A stretch of 64,000 nucleotides of DNA. It comes from Chlorokybus atmophyticus. Taxonomy: Eukaryota > Plantae > Mesostigma and Chlorokybus algae. Below the pieces are notes generated by a model, which was not told where the DNA came from, did not search any database, and saw only the letters and a program-made list of their open reading frames with translations. Made by a program: the position numbers and the translations under genes. Where the stretch lies: positions 13,742 to 77,741 of the forward strand of contig RHPI01002568.1 of NCBI GenBank assembly GCA_009103225.1, read 5' to 3'. Shown here piece after piece: positions 47,581-60,414 of the stretch. Positions within the stretch are counted from its first letter, which is position 1; the number at the start of each line of letters is the position of its first letter.

Positions 47581-50500
47581 TGATTGGTGCGGCACATTGT
47601 TCAAGATGTGACATGTGAAACAATGGACACTCTTCCAATGACTACCATCATCTTGTGCTCACTAACAGATGCCAACTCCCGCGACTTGTACCATTTTTAA
47701 ATGTGGAGTGCGGTTTGCGTTGCAGGGCTTGGTCATTACTGTTTCGGCTCGTGCGGACCTGGGGTCCAACTTTGGTTGCAATGGGACGTTGCAAAGCGAG
47801 TGGGGAGGAATGTTACGCATAACAAGCAGGGCATGGTCACTACATGGCTGATGTGTTGACGGACATGACGGACATGAGCACAAGGACTAGCTGTATAAGC
47901 GACTCTATCAGGTACTATACGCAAGGGGTTGAACTGAGGTACTGCTCAGAGCGGCCAGCCCAGTAGGGCCGTGCTGCTGGAAGCCGAAAAAGGTCTTCTT
48001 GGCAACCAGACCCCCCCCCCCCCACCCCCCCCCCACACACACAAACGGACCAAAACTGCGTCTCATTGGTTCAAGCCCAGATGCATTATGCTGACAGTAT
48101 TGTGCAGCTTGTATTGCAAGTGTGCATTGCCTTGCGGGGTGCTTAATTGCATCATTGGGCACACCGTATGTGAAGACACGATATTGTTACATTAGTTGAA
48201 CGCAGCATGGTGCTCACTTGCTGTGTGTATGGGGTGCTTGGCTTAGCTGTTGAAGGGGCCTTCCTTACCCTTCTGTGTGGGGGCGTTTGCGGGTGTTCTA
48301 CCTAGGGCTTGCAATGTGTGTTCTACGCGTGACACTGGTGCTAACAAAGAGGCGCCTCCCACTTCCAGCTACTTCTGTTGGTGGTGTTGTGGACAACAGC
48401 TGCCTATCTGCTTCTGCCCTTGTGTATTGCTACGTGAAAGCATGTGTGCCACAGTGTACGCGTGCAGTAGCTTTACACACATGTTGCTGTATGTGTATAT
48501 CCTCCAGTGCATATGTGACTTCGCCAACAACAGCTCACACAATGCATGAGCATAACACACGAAGGTTGCGCTAGGTAACCCCGAAGTAGATGATAATAGG
48601 GCACAGAGCAGCAAGCCATAAGCAGCATGCAATATGCATGATCGCGCTTGTATGAGATGTTAATGAAGCACAGCTTGGGCGCCTACAGGTCAGAGAGTGG
48701 CTTAACCACCCTGCCTGTGATTTGTTTATGACGACGATGCTACATGGCTATTGCATCGGTACTTTCAGTCGGCATTGGGTGCACTGATGCATATTGCGAC
48801 ACAAACTTCCTCACTGATGTGTCTAGGAGGCTGCTTGAAGAGATGGACTTAAGACCATCCTCTACTGTGACAGTTTACTTGTGGACGGAGTAATAACATC
48901 CGGCATACATTATTGTATACTGTGTGTGGACATGTATGCTAGTGCTTAGTTGCATTAGCTAGCTAATTGCAAGAAAGGCCTCGCCCTTAGTGGTCAGCCT
49001 TACAAATGCTATTCACATTTTCTCACCTTATAATCACATGAATATGCAAATTACGTGCTGACCATTCATGTTGCATTCTGGTTTTAATTCACATGTCCTG
49101 TCTTATAAGCATGACACATGCTGCTCATACAACTCCTATATATCATCATAAGATGATAAATTATGCAAGTAATGCGCTATCCATGCACGATACATTATGA
49201 TATAATTGTATCAACGGATAACAGGAAAAATGGGAAAATCTGTGTCGAAAAAACTTATGTCGAGGTTAACAGTTGAATAATTCAATATTTATGTAGCAGT
49301 TATATTGTTGGACCAATAATCATAACATAAATGGCATTTAGTATTATTAAGTTGATATCATGCACATTCAATGTGTGCAACCATTGTATAGCCATGTGCA
49401 TCCAATGCATGAACTGATTATCAACCACCAGCAACAATTTCAGACATTTGCACTATGAACATGAGGCGGCGGTAACTCCAGTCACGACGGTCACGTTGTC
49501 GGTTAGAGCTCGCGCGATGTATTGACGGCTTAACGGCCCCATCGAACGGTAGCGGGGGGCGTCCGCCGCGTTGTCCTCCAGCCGCGGCGAACGGCTCGAT
49601 GGCGTCCGCCGCACGTCCTTCTGCCGTCCTTCGGGTACTGATAAGTGTGTTACATCTCAACTCATATGGGCCATATGCAATAATAAGCCGGCATGTGCAT
49701 CGTGCACGTTGTGCTCATTATTAATATTTATTCGCATATATTATGAGCAATTGCATGAAGTGGGGATGTGCTTTGGATGGTCGGGATCTATAATTAGCAG
49801 ATCGAATGGCTGATAGTTGATAAACGCCGCTTAGCCAATGAGCGGCATGCGGGCCGAGCAGCCTGGCAGTCGCGGGTGCCGCATGTGATGCCCTAGGGGT
49901 GAGGTTTGCGTGTGCCTTAATGCCAGCCGCCCCGCCCAATCAGCCGCACCGCTCGTTTGCATGCCACCTTATCACATAACTTCTCAACTCACATGGCACA
50001 CAAAGTTTCAGCTTAAACGCTTATCTACCCTATCACCCACACAACTTCCTTGATGTTTAAGCGTCACGCTTAATGCGTGACGTTTGAGGGTCCTTATAGG
50101 GCCTAGTTGATCGCGGCGCTGTAATAATCTGAAAATTCTGGCTTAATCAGTGTGCTGCCCAAAATCCTACCGTAGTCGGCGCGGCCACGCGCACAAGCAA
50201 GCACAAATTGTAATCCTGTAAACTGTTACCGTATGTTATTGTTAAAAATTGTTGGATACCTCACGTGCCCACGCCCTGACTCTGCCAATGAGGTACTGCA
50301 CTCGGTCTTGTGCTACCTGCTGGAGCTGTGCTCTGTGATCTGCCACCTGCTTGTCCAGCTATTCTTGGAGATCTCTCACCTGCTTGTCTAAAGCTTCTGC
50401 ATCTGCTAGCGCTTCATTCAGCTTTTCTTCAACGCATGCTTCGACAGCCCCTCCGACGGCCTCTGATGTTGAAGGCACTGCAGCCAGCCTCTGCTCCAAT

Positions 50501-51436
50501 TCTTGATAGCGGGTTTGCGCCTCTGCCAGCTGCCGCTCTGCTTCATTGGCTCTCCTTGTCGCGGCATCGACAGCCGCTGCATCAACAGCCCCTCCGACGG
50601 CCTCTGATGCTGACTGCCTCGCCGCTTGCTCTGCTACCTCCTGCTCCAGCTGGCGAATGCGCCGCCGAGAACTCTTCATCTCTTCCCCAATCTTGGCGCC
50701 CGCAGAGGAGCTGGAGGCCATTGCCAGCATGCGCAATTGCAAATCAAAGTTTTGCAATTCGAGGCCGCGAATTTGGGCCTCAGATAATGCCGCACGCTCC
50801 TCGGCGGCATAGAGTGCTGTAGCCAACTCCTCTTGCAGTTTGGCGACCTCAGCATCGGTGGTTGCAGCCCTCTGCTGCAACTCCTCCCTCTCCTTGCGCA
50901 GGTTGGCGACCTGAGAGTTGGAAGCTGCAGCCCCATGCTGCAACTCCGCCAAGTCCTTTTGTAGCTTGGCGACCTCAGAATTGGAAGCTGCAGCCCTCTG
51001 CTCCGCATCCTCCAAATCCTTGCGCACATTGTTAACCTTAGCATCGGTTAATGCAGCCCTCTGCTCCGTCTCCTCCACATCATTGCGCAGCTTGGCAATA
51101 ACAGCATTTAATGCCCCAGGCCTCTGCTGTGACTCCTGAAACCTCTTGCGCAGCTCGGCTAGGGCTCGATTGAACTTATCATGGGTTTCCGATGCAGTCT
51201 TCATCGTCTCCTCCAACTCCTTGCGCACCCGGGCAACCTCAGCGGCATCTGCAGCCCTTTGTTGCGTCTCCTGTAACTCCTTGCGAAGGATTGCAACCTG
51301 TTGCTGCGACTCCGCTACTTCAAGGTCAAGAGTACGCTGGTAATACTGCTTGCGCGCTTCGTTCACACACTGATTAGGCTGGTCTACAGGTTGTCACGAG
51401 TTGCAAGAACGCGCTCTTATCCATGCTGTCGCACAT

Positions 51437-54400
51437 TGTTGAAGAAGCTAGCAACACATGTAGCTAAGGCTGATGCTGGACATGCACACACACAACTCTA
51501 CAACCGCGAGAGCATACACAAGAGCAACACTTTCACTTGATTACAACTCAAGCATGGGCTTTTATACCTGCTGCAGATACACCTGTCTATTCTAGAAGCA
51601 GCTGTGTACACTACACGTCACCTATCATCATGAACTTAAGTGCATAACGTAGCTAACTTCAAGACCTTTCTAACAAGCTAAGCCACGCGCCAATAGGTGT
51701 AGTAACTACCGAGTTATAAGTGTTCTTCTACGCGCCTGGAACCTTCTCTTTGACTGGAGTCTCCGCCTAGAACCTTTTTGCATGGAGTTCGCGCCTGGAA
51801 CCTTCTGGCGGCCAAACCTTCGGAGTTGACGCCTCTGCCTATGAAGGGCAAGGCTGACCGGATACAGAAAAATCCTCAACACTCCCACGCGAGCAGCTTG
51901 TCCTAATCCTTGAGTCTTTGCTCCTGCATGATCACATGCAAATGCCAAGTCCCGAACAACACGCCTGAAACTTGCTTGGTGACAACGCCTTTGTCATGAA
52001 GTCCGCAAGTATGGCCTCGGTGTTGCAGTACTGGAACTCGACCTCCTTCCTTGTGACTCTGTCATGGACAAAGTGATGCATGACATCAATGTGCTTTGTC
52101 CTTGCTGAGGCGATGGGATGCTTCAGCAACTTGATGGCGCCTTGGTTGTCGCAGTGGATTGTGATGCATGCCATTGAGTGCCCCAGATCTGCCATCAGCT
52201 TGCGAAGCCATAATGCCTCCTTGGTAGCTGCTCCTGCTGCCATGTACTCAGCCTCTGAAGTGGATGCCGCTGTAGTTGGCTGCAGCCTGTTCCAGCTCAC
52301 GATGCCTCCATTCAACTTGAAGACATAGCCGGTGGTGGACCTCCTGCTGTCGAGGTCTCCTGCAAAGTTTGAGTCGTAGTAGCCCTCCAACTCCGAGCTC
52401 CCGCTCCCAAACTTGATGCCAATAGTTGCACTTCCAGCAACATAGCGAAGTACACCCTTTGCAGCCTTCCAATGCTCCATGCTCGGTGCAGACATGTAGC
52501 GAGCAAGAACTCCAACAGCATGTGCAATGTCTGGACGTGTGCACACTGCTAGATAGAGCATGCTGCCTACCAGTTCACCGTAGGGGTATTTGACCTTGTC
52601 AAGATCTCCTCATCCTTTGCCTTGACGAAATGGGTGCCGAGTGCAAGTGGAGTAGACTTAGTCTTTGCCTCCTTGAGCCCGAACTTGCTGACAAGTCTCT
52701 TCACCATCTGCTCCTGACGGATCTTGATGGTGTGCGCCGCTCTGTCGCGCTCAATGACCATGCCAAGAAACCACTTGGCCTCTCCAAGATCACGCACTGA
52801 GAACGCCTATTGCAGTGCCTTCTTCGTCTCCTCCAAGTCTTTCATGTGCTTGGCGGTCATAATGATGTCATCCACGTACACCAACAGGTACACCTTCTTC
52901 TCAGGGTGGAAGAAGAGTCCAGGGTCTGCTGAGGACGCCTGAAAGCCAAGTGCTTCCAACTCCTTGGTGAGGCGGATGTGCCACATGCGTGGTGCCTGTC
53001 TCAGCCCATACAACGCCTTGATGAGCTTGCAAACAGTGCCTGGCTCCCCTTCTTCGTATCCCGGTGGTTGTTGGATGTAGATCTCTTTCTCAAGCTCTCC
53101 GTAGAGGAAGGCAGTCTTCACGTCAAGATGGTGAAGCTCAAAGTCTTCAGCCGCAACCATAGCCAGCAATGTGCGGAATGTGGCATGCTTACTTGCAGGC
53201 GCGAAGACCTCATTGAAGTCCACGCCTTCTTGTTGCAAGAAGCCCTTTGCCACGAGCCTTGCCTTGTAGCGCTCTATGTTGCCTTGACCGTCTCTCTTCA
53301 CCTTAAAGACCCACTTGACAGGGATTGGTTTCTCGCATGAGGGTAGCTTCTCAAGTACCCAGGTTTGGTTGGTATGAAGTGACGCGATCTCCTCATCCAT
53401 GGCTTGCTGCCACTGCTCTGCATTAGGTGCTTGCAATGCCTTTTTGTATGTACTTGGCTCCTCTGTGCTGTCTCCCCCTTGGCACACGCCTGCAAGTGCC
53501 TTATGGTAGAAGTCTGGGCGCTTTCTCTCCCTCTCAGGGTAGCGACGAACAGGCGCCTGCTGCTGCTCGCCTGAAGACCTTTCAGGCAGCGCCTCTGTGA
53601 TGATGTCTGCCTTGTCTGAAGCCTCCACTCTTTCAGGAACGGCTTGAGGCTGTGCCTCATCTTCATCCTTTGAAAAGAAGCCCGCTTCTGGTAGTGACCC
53701 TTCGTGGAACACCACCTCTTTGCTGACGATGATCTTGTGGCTCTTTTCCAGCAAGATCTTGTACGCATTTGAGCCTGGTTCGTAGCCAACAAAGACTCCC
53801 TTCTTGCTGACTGGCTCCAACTTGTGCCGTAGCTGCTTTGGCACTAGTGCATATGCTGTGCAACCAAACACATGCATACCACTCACATCTGGTGCAGCTC
53901 CATAGAAGAGCTCGCACGGTGTCTTCTGATTGGAGCTCACAGGTGATCGATTGCGGATGTAGTTGGCAGTGTTGAGATTCGGACACTACAGACCATGCAT
54001 GGAGTTGGTGCAAGCACAAGTACACACACTCTACCAGAGCATACACACAAGGCTGATCCAAAAGGCTTTCTAAGAACTACAACAAAGTCACACCGCGGGC
54101 TTTTATACCCGCCAGTTCTGCACCTGTTTACTCTAGAAGCCACCACGACTTCTACACTCAACCGATTCCTGCGCTCTAAGCTGCACCACGTAGGTACTTT
54201 CAAGAGCTTTCCAACAAGCTATGACAAGCGCCATACAATGAAGTAACCACCGAGCTACAACGTTTCTTCTACAGCGCCTGGAAGTCTCCAGACTCCGGAC
54301 CGCGCCTGAAACCTTCTCGACTGAAGTCCTCGCCTGAACCTTTCTCGACTGGAACCTTCTCGCGCCTGAATCTTCTCGCGGCTATTCTTATACTTACACA

Positions 54401-56847
54401 GGGCAAGCTGACCGGATACAAGAATATCCTCAACAGGCAGTAAGGACGGGCTCTTTCCACAGAGAGTCCTCAAACTTGCAATCGTTGAGCATAGCCCTCG
54501 CACGCTCTAACAGGGTCCGGTTCAGGCGTTCAGCCGCTCCGTTTTGCTGTGGAGTGTAGGGCGCCGTTGTCTCATGCCTTATGCCTTTGCTGGCGAAGAA
54601 GTCCTTGAGCTGGGCGTTGATGTACTCCCCTCCTCGATCACTGCGCATTGCCTTCATCTTTTTGCCTGCTTGTGTCTCCAGCAATGCCACGACGTTGCGC
54701 ACAAATCCTTCAACTTCCGACTTCAAAGATAGAGGGTAGATGATGGACATCTTGCTGTGGTCGTCAAGGAAAGTTGCAAAGTACCTTACCCCTCCCTTCG
54801 TCACAACGCGCATAGGCCCGCAAACATCCATGCGTACCAACTCACCTGGATGTTTACTGCTAGAAGATGACGGAACGGCATCCTATGCTGCTTGGCCATG
54901 ACACAGGGTTCACACAGCACACTTGAAGACGCCTGAAAGTCTTCCTTGCTGACGTGGATGCCCTTGACCATGTCTTCAGCCACCAGGCGTGTGAGGTTGT
55001 TGTAGCCAAGATGCTCGAACCTCCTATGCCAAAGTTCAGCCGTATCCTTCTCCGTCACCACGTTGGCCTTGATGCTATGAGGCTGCTCCACGATGTAGAG
55101 CCCTCCTTGCGCGATGCCAACCATATGCACGACCCCATCCATGAGCACAGAGCATCAACCCTCCCGGATGATGATCTCAGCTCCCACGCGCTCAGCAACC
55201 CTCACAGAGAATAGGCTAGCAGCAGCGCCAGGAACGTGCAGAACCTCTCTACAAGACCTCTCTCACACTATCACCAACCTTGCAATTAAGCCGCACTTCA
55301 CCCACGCCTACAGCCTCTACCATGTGACCACTGAAGCCCTCCACCTTCCTTGTGGTTTGCAGCTTCCTGTAGTTCTCCATGACCTCCATGTGTGGTGTCA
55401 GGTGCTGGTTGCATCCAAAGTCTATCGCCCATAATGTGGTCAACATCTCCCTTGATGCAGTGAAGGCAACGTTCTCCTCCTTGCATTGGTCGTTGCCATT
55501 GCTTGTGGTGCTGGTGCTCGCTCCTTGCTCTCGTTGGCGCTTGCGACAGTCTTTCAAGATGTGACCCTTGAAGCCACAGTAGTTGCACGTGAGGTTCTTA
55601 TGCATGTTGAGGTTGCCACCTCTGCCTTTGTTCTTTTCTTCATGGTTGTAAGGTTTCTTCTTGTTCGTGTAGAAGGCGACAGCGTCAGCGTGCTCGTCCT
55701 TCCTCACCACAATTTGGTCCACAGTTAGTAACTTGGGCAACACATCGTCCAGGGTCAGCTCCGATGACGATGTCTCTAGCAGAGTGGTGACGACTTCATA
55801 CTCTGCTGGTAGTCCTGCCATGATAGCCAATACGACCGTCTCTCCCATCTGATGGCCGACGTTGTTGTGGTCCGCCCACAGCTCTCTTGCACGTGCAACA
55901 TACTTGGTGATCGGCTCACCACCCTCCTTCTTGAGCGCACTCAGCTGCTTGCGAAGCGTAAGCTTTCTGGCGTTGTTCTTGGCCCGGAACACGGATGCAA
56001 GCTTCTCCCAAGCCTGCCTCCCATCTTCACATGCGGTGAGCATGGGAAAGTGATGCGGTTTGCAATTCAACACAAGCAAAGTGTGTGCTTCTGCTAAACG
56101 CTCAGACCGCACAGTATTCTCCCCTAGTATTGGTGGTGGTGCCTTCGGGTCCACATACTTCCACATCTTCTTGTGGATGAGAAGCGCCTTCATCTCCACA
56201 CACCATGTGCTGTAGTTGTCGATGTCCAACTCCGCGATCAACCCCTTGTCGTAGCTAGTCTCCATCTTTGCCGCGCCTGCTCCTCTCTGGCAGTTGGCAC
56301 CCAAGACTCTGCTACTCACAAGCTACCGTAGTGTAGTAACTAGTGTCTGCTTCTATCACACCCTTAACACGTTGTGTGGGCCCATAACCTGTTGAAGAAG
56401 CTAGCAACACATGTAGCTAAGGCTGATGCTGGACATGTACACACACAACTCTACAGCCGCGAGAGCACACACAAGAGCAACACTTTCACTTGATTACAAC
56501 TCAAGCATGGGCTTTTACACCCGCTGCAGATACACCTGTCTATTCTAGAAGCAACTGTGTACGCTACACGTCACCTATCATCATGAACTTAAGTGCGTGA
56601 CGTAGCTAACTTCAAGACCTATCTAACAAGCTAAGCCACGCGCCAATCGGTGTAGTAACCATCGAGTTATGAGTGTTCTTCTACGCCTAGAAGTCGCGCC
56701 TGAAACCTTCTCTTGGACTGAAGTCTCCGCCTAGAACCTTCTTGAATGGAGTCCGCGCCTGGAACCTTCTGGCGGCCAAACCTTCGGAGTTGACGCCTCT
56801 GCCTATATGAAGGGCAAGGCTGACCGGATATAAGAATATCCTCAACA
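51437..56847 (-). mobile_element. Ty1/Copia element C (degenerate), TSD CACAT
   Basis: LTRs 56390-56847 and 51437-51881. PBS GGTTATGGGCCC (56389-56378). Frameshifted gag/IN/RT/RH ORFs. TSD 51432-51436 and 56848-56852. Confidence 0.96.
53970..54435 (-). repeat. Solo LTR of family B inserted in the integrase of Copia C, TSD GGCAG
   Basis: The reverse complement matches LTR 60415-60882. TSD 53965-53969 and 54436-54440. Confidence 0.95.
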
Positions 56848-57525
56848 CACATAGACATCAAGTAAGTACAGAGGCCACAACAAATTATCAAAGCCCCCCC
56901 CCCCCTTCCATAAAGACTGTACGCGATGCAATTATTCTTACCAATGCTTGTCTTGTAAGCCCAAGGGCGAATGACAGCTGTTCTGCAGAAATCTCCACAG
57001 CGTTTGCCACTTCCCCGCTCAACTTCGATGCGTCATTGACGGCCTTGCGGTGCTCCTCATGGGCCTTCTTGAAACCTTCAATTGTATCACGCGCTGCTGC
57101 TAGAGCCTCCTCTCTAGCTTGTGGTCGCACAGCTGGTGGAGTTTGCCGTGCAGGAGTGTCTGGGTGAAGGGGACGACGTTTCTTTTCAGCTAGGGGTGTA
57201 GACATGGGGGCACTTGTTCTCTCTCTCTTTCTCGTGGCAAATGGACGGGGACTGTTATGGAGACTGTCGTGAGGTGGACTGTGGTAAGGTGGACTGTCGG
57301 CTAGTGGACTGTTCGCACGATTGTCATGAGGTGGACTGTCCTTGGGACTGTGGGGAAGTGGAGTGTCTGGTGGAGGATTTTCACGCTCAGCTTGTCTCTC
57401 AAGCCAGGTCTTCAGTGGTGGAGGTGCGGGGTGCAAGGGCACTCTCAACTGATGGAGATGATCGTTGTGTGAATGGGGAGTATCAGGGTTGTTGATCGCC
57501 ACCAACAAAGATGCTGCAGCTTGGG

Positions 57526-57974
57526 TGTTGAGATGCGTTGACAAACCTACACATGCACATGTGTGCACGCCACTCATTACCAACGCCAAGAGGCTGCAAC
57601 AACAAGTCTAAGACTAAGACCATCTATTGCCATCATGTCCGCGGGTTTTATACCCGCCAGGAATACACCTGTCTACTCTAGAAGCTACCACGTTCGCTAC
57701 ACGTATTCGAATGCTGCGTTCTAAGAAGCATCTTGTAGCTATTTCCAAGGGCTATCTACTAAGCTCTAGAACGCCCAAATCGGTGCAGTAACCACCGAGT
57801 TATGACGATTCTCGTGCAGGCCTGGAAGTCGCCAGACTCCGGACTCGAGTCCGCGCCTGGAACCTTCACGCGCCTGGAACTTTCGACTTGAGTCCTCGCC
57901 TAGAGCCTTCTCGCGGCCATTCCTAATCAGAGGGCAAGTTGACCGTCCGCCTGGATGTAGGAATATCTTCAACA
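57526..57974 (-). repeat. Solo LTR of related Copia family D, decayed TSD (TTGGG/TCGTG; empty site TTGTG)
   Basis: TGTTGA..TCAACA ends and the same CGCCTGGAA U3 repeats. The empty site is visible in copy 1 at ~7229-7233. Confidence 0.88.
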
Positions 57975-60414
57975 TCGTGCCTCCGCCCGTGTGTCAGCTT
58001 CGCTCTGCTCTTTTACAAGTGTACGCACAATGTCCCGCTTGAGTTCGTCAAGCCATTCCTTTCTGGTCTCCTTGAAGCCCTTCTGCAGCATACCCCGGAT
58101 CTTTCTCTCCCAATCCTTTTCCCAGTTCTCTCCCTTCAGTGCCAATGCTGTCGCCTGCCTGGTGAGAGCCCCCTCTCTGGTAGCAATGGCTGTTGTCTGA
58201 GTTTTGTGCATCTCAGCAATTTCTTTGGATACCAGCGACCTTTTCCTGCAAAAACAGGTAACAGTTTAAGCAAATGTGTGAAGTGTAAGGTGCACCACAT
58301 GCTGACGTACCCTGACCACGTTCTCTTATTCAATCCGTAGGTCTAAGTCCCTAATGACTTGTTTTAGGGCGTCTATTTGTCTGTTTGCGGCCTCTTTCGT
58401 TTCGTAGGCAGCATGATAAACCGCTTTACAGAAATGAACAGATATTCAATGCTGAATATGGGCTTCAGAATCTATCTGTTGACACATGCACGTGATCTTG
58501 GTTGTTAGCATACATGTCACAGTGCATGCAGGTGCACTGCAACAGGAATGCAAGCAACAGACTGTCGATGAGACTATCAGAGAGACTATCATTGTGGGAA
58601 GACTGTCAGTGCAACTCACCATTCTTGTCTTTGCGTCCGCATTGGGCATGTTAAAGACACGCTGGACCAAACGCATGGAATATGCGAAGTCACTCTTGCC
58701 CAGCTGCCTTGGTGGCTTGCTGGTAAGCAACCACATAGTGTCCTCCGTGGTCAACGTCCAACTTCTCGCAAGCCTCTGCGCCGCATCCTCCGTTTGCCAC
58801 AGTTGGGTCTGCCAGCAACGAAGGCAAGTTAGCTTCCAGTGTCACAGTCGTGGAGTCATTGACAGTCTCGCATTGACAATCGCACTAATAAAGCATGCAA
58901 ACCGGGCATGCAGCAATGCAATCACACTTGTTTGGTTTGTGCGCCCGTCTGGTGGCGCAGGGAAAGGGGTGTAGTCGAAAGTAGCTCCTCCCCTGCCTTG
59001 ATGTCCCTATTCGCATACACAATGACAGCTGGGTGGCCGACGTCATCAAAGTCCGAGTAGAACATGACGTTGGGCTGAGTGTGCCTATGTGCGGAATTGA
59101 TGTAAGCCGCTACACAGCCAGTGCGGGGGTGCCCGTCGATGACAACCTGATATTGGCTTGGTGTATCTGGTGGAAACAGGTTGATGTGATATCGCCGGTG
59201 GTGTCGGATGTTGCTGATTTGCTGGTAACGATGCAAGACCTCCTCCATCTTTCGTTGCTTGAACCATTTGCCGTCATATGGCAACAAGTAAGCCTCTGCA
59301 CAGCTGCGCACAAGTCATGAGTGATCCGTGAGTACACAGCGAGACATGCACACAAAGATACACACGCACACACGTGCACGTACCGTTTGGAATGTCTTTG
59401 CAGGCAAACAGTCCCAGTTCAGCACCAGTGATGGTTGAGTCTTTGATCAACCAGTTGTGCGTAAGATACTTGAACTGCTCGTTGTCTGGGATGCATGTGG
59501 ATGCTCTTGCATCCTCCACATTATCCAGTCTCCACAGCTGATGCTTGTTTCCAGCGCTATGATGGATGAGCTTGAGGTTTGAAATCTCCCGGTCAGTCTG
59601 TTTTATATAGTGATAAATAACCATTAAAGTCTAGTGCAAAGACAAACACAGACCATTACATTGGCATAGGCTGTCATAATATGTTCTCACCCTCAAATAG
59701 TCAGCAGAATGTTTGGGTGGCGCTTTGGAACCTATTGAGGGGTAGCGTTTCACCTGGAATTTGTTCATCTCTTCAAGAGCACTGGCGAATTCCACTGCAT
59801 AATCCACCGATGCGGCTTGGCGACGGCTTGAGGGTTTCTGCTTCGGTGGATTGGGTATCGCACCCTCCTCGTCCTCGTCCTTGTCCTCATCCTCATTCTG
59901 TAGTTCTCTTGCTACTCCTGCTCCTCTTGATCTTCCTGCTCCTCGAGATCGTGTTGCTCTGCGTGTCCAGGTATGCATAGCCGCCAGCTATTGCATTTCT
60001 TCGTACAATTCTTTGGTCTGAAACATGGCAGGGTTGGTACGCATGTTGCAGTATGGTTTCAATGCTGCTGTGCGAATTCAGCAACTCACATATTCTGGAA
60101 TAGCCTTGATGTCTGCCATCTTGCAGTGCACGACGGTTGCACTCATATTACAACCAATATGCGCAGAATTCAAGCAACGGCTATCAAGTATCAGCACCAT
60201 GCGCCAAAGCGCTATACGCACGCGCAAGGCACAGATTATTAACCAGGCAAGATGTTGCAAAATCTTGGATCAAGAATGCCTGAGGGTTCTTACCCTGATG
60301 GATTGCTGGATTTCCTCTGCCAACTTGTCGAGTGTAGCCTTGTCCTCCATCCCTCCCTTGTTGCCGAGCACGCGCATCATTCGGCACAGAGCACCGTTCC
60401 AGTGCTGTGCGATT

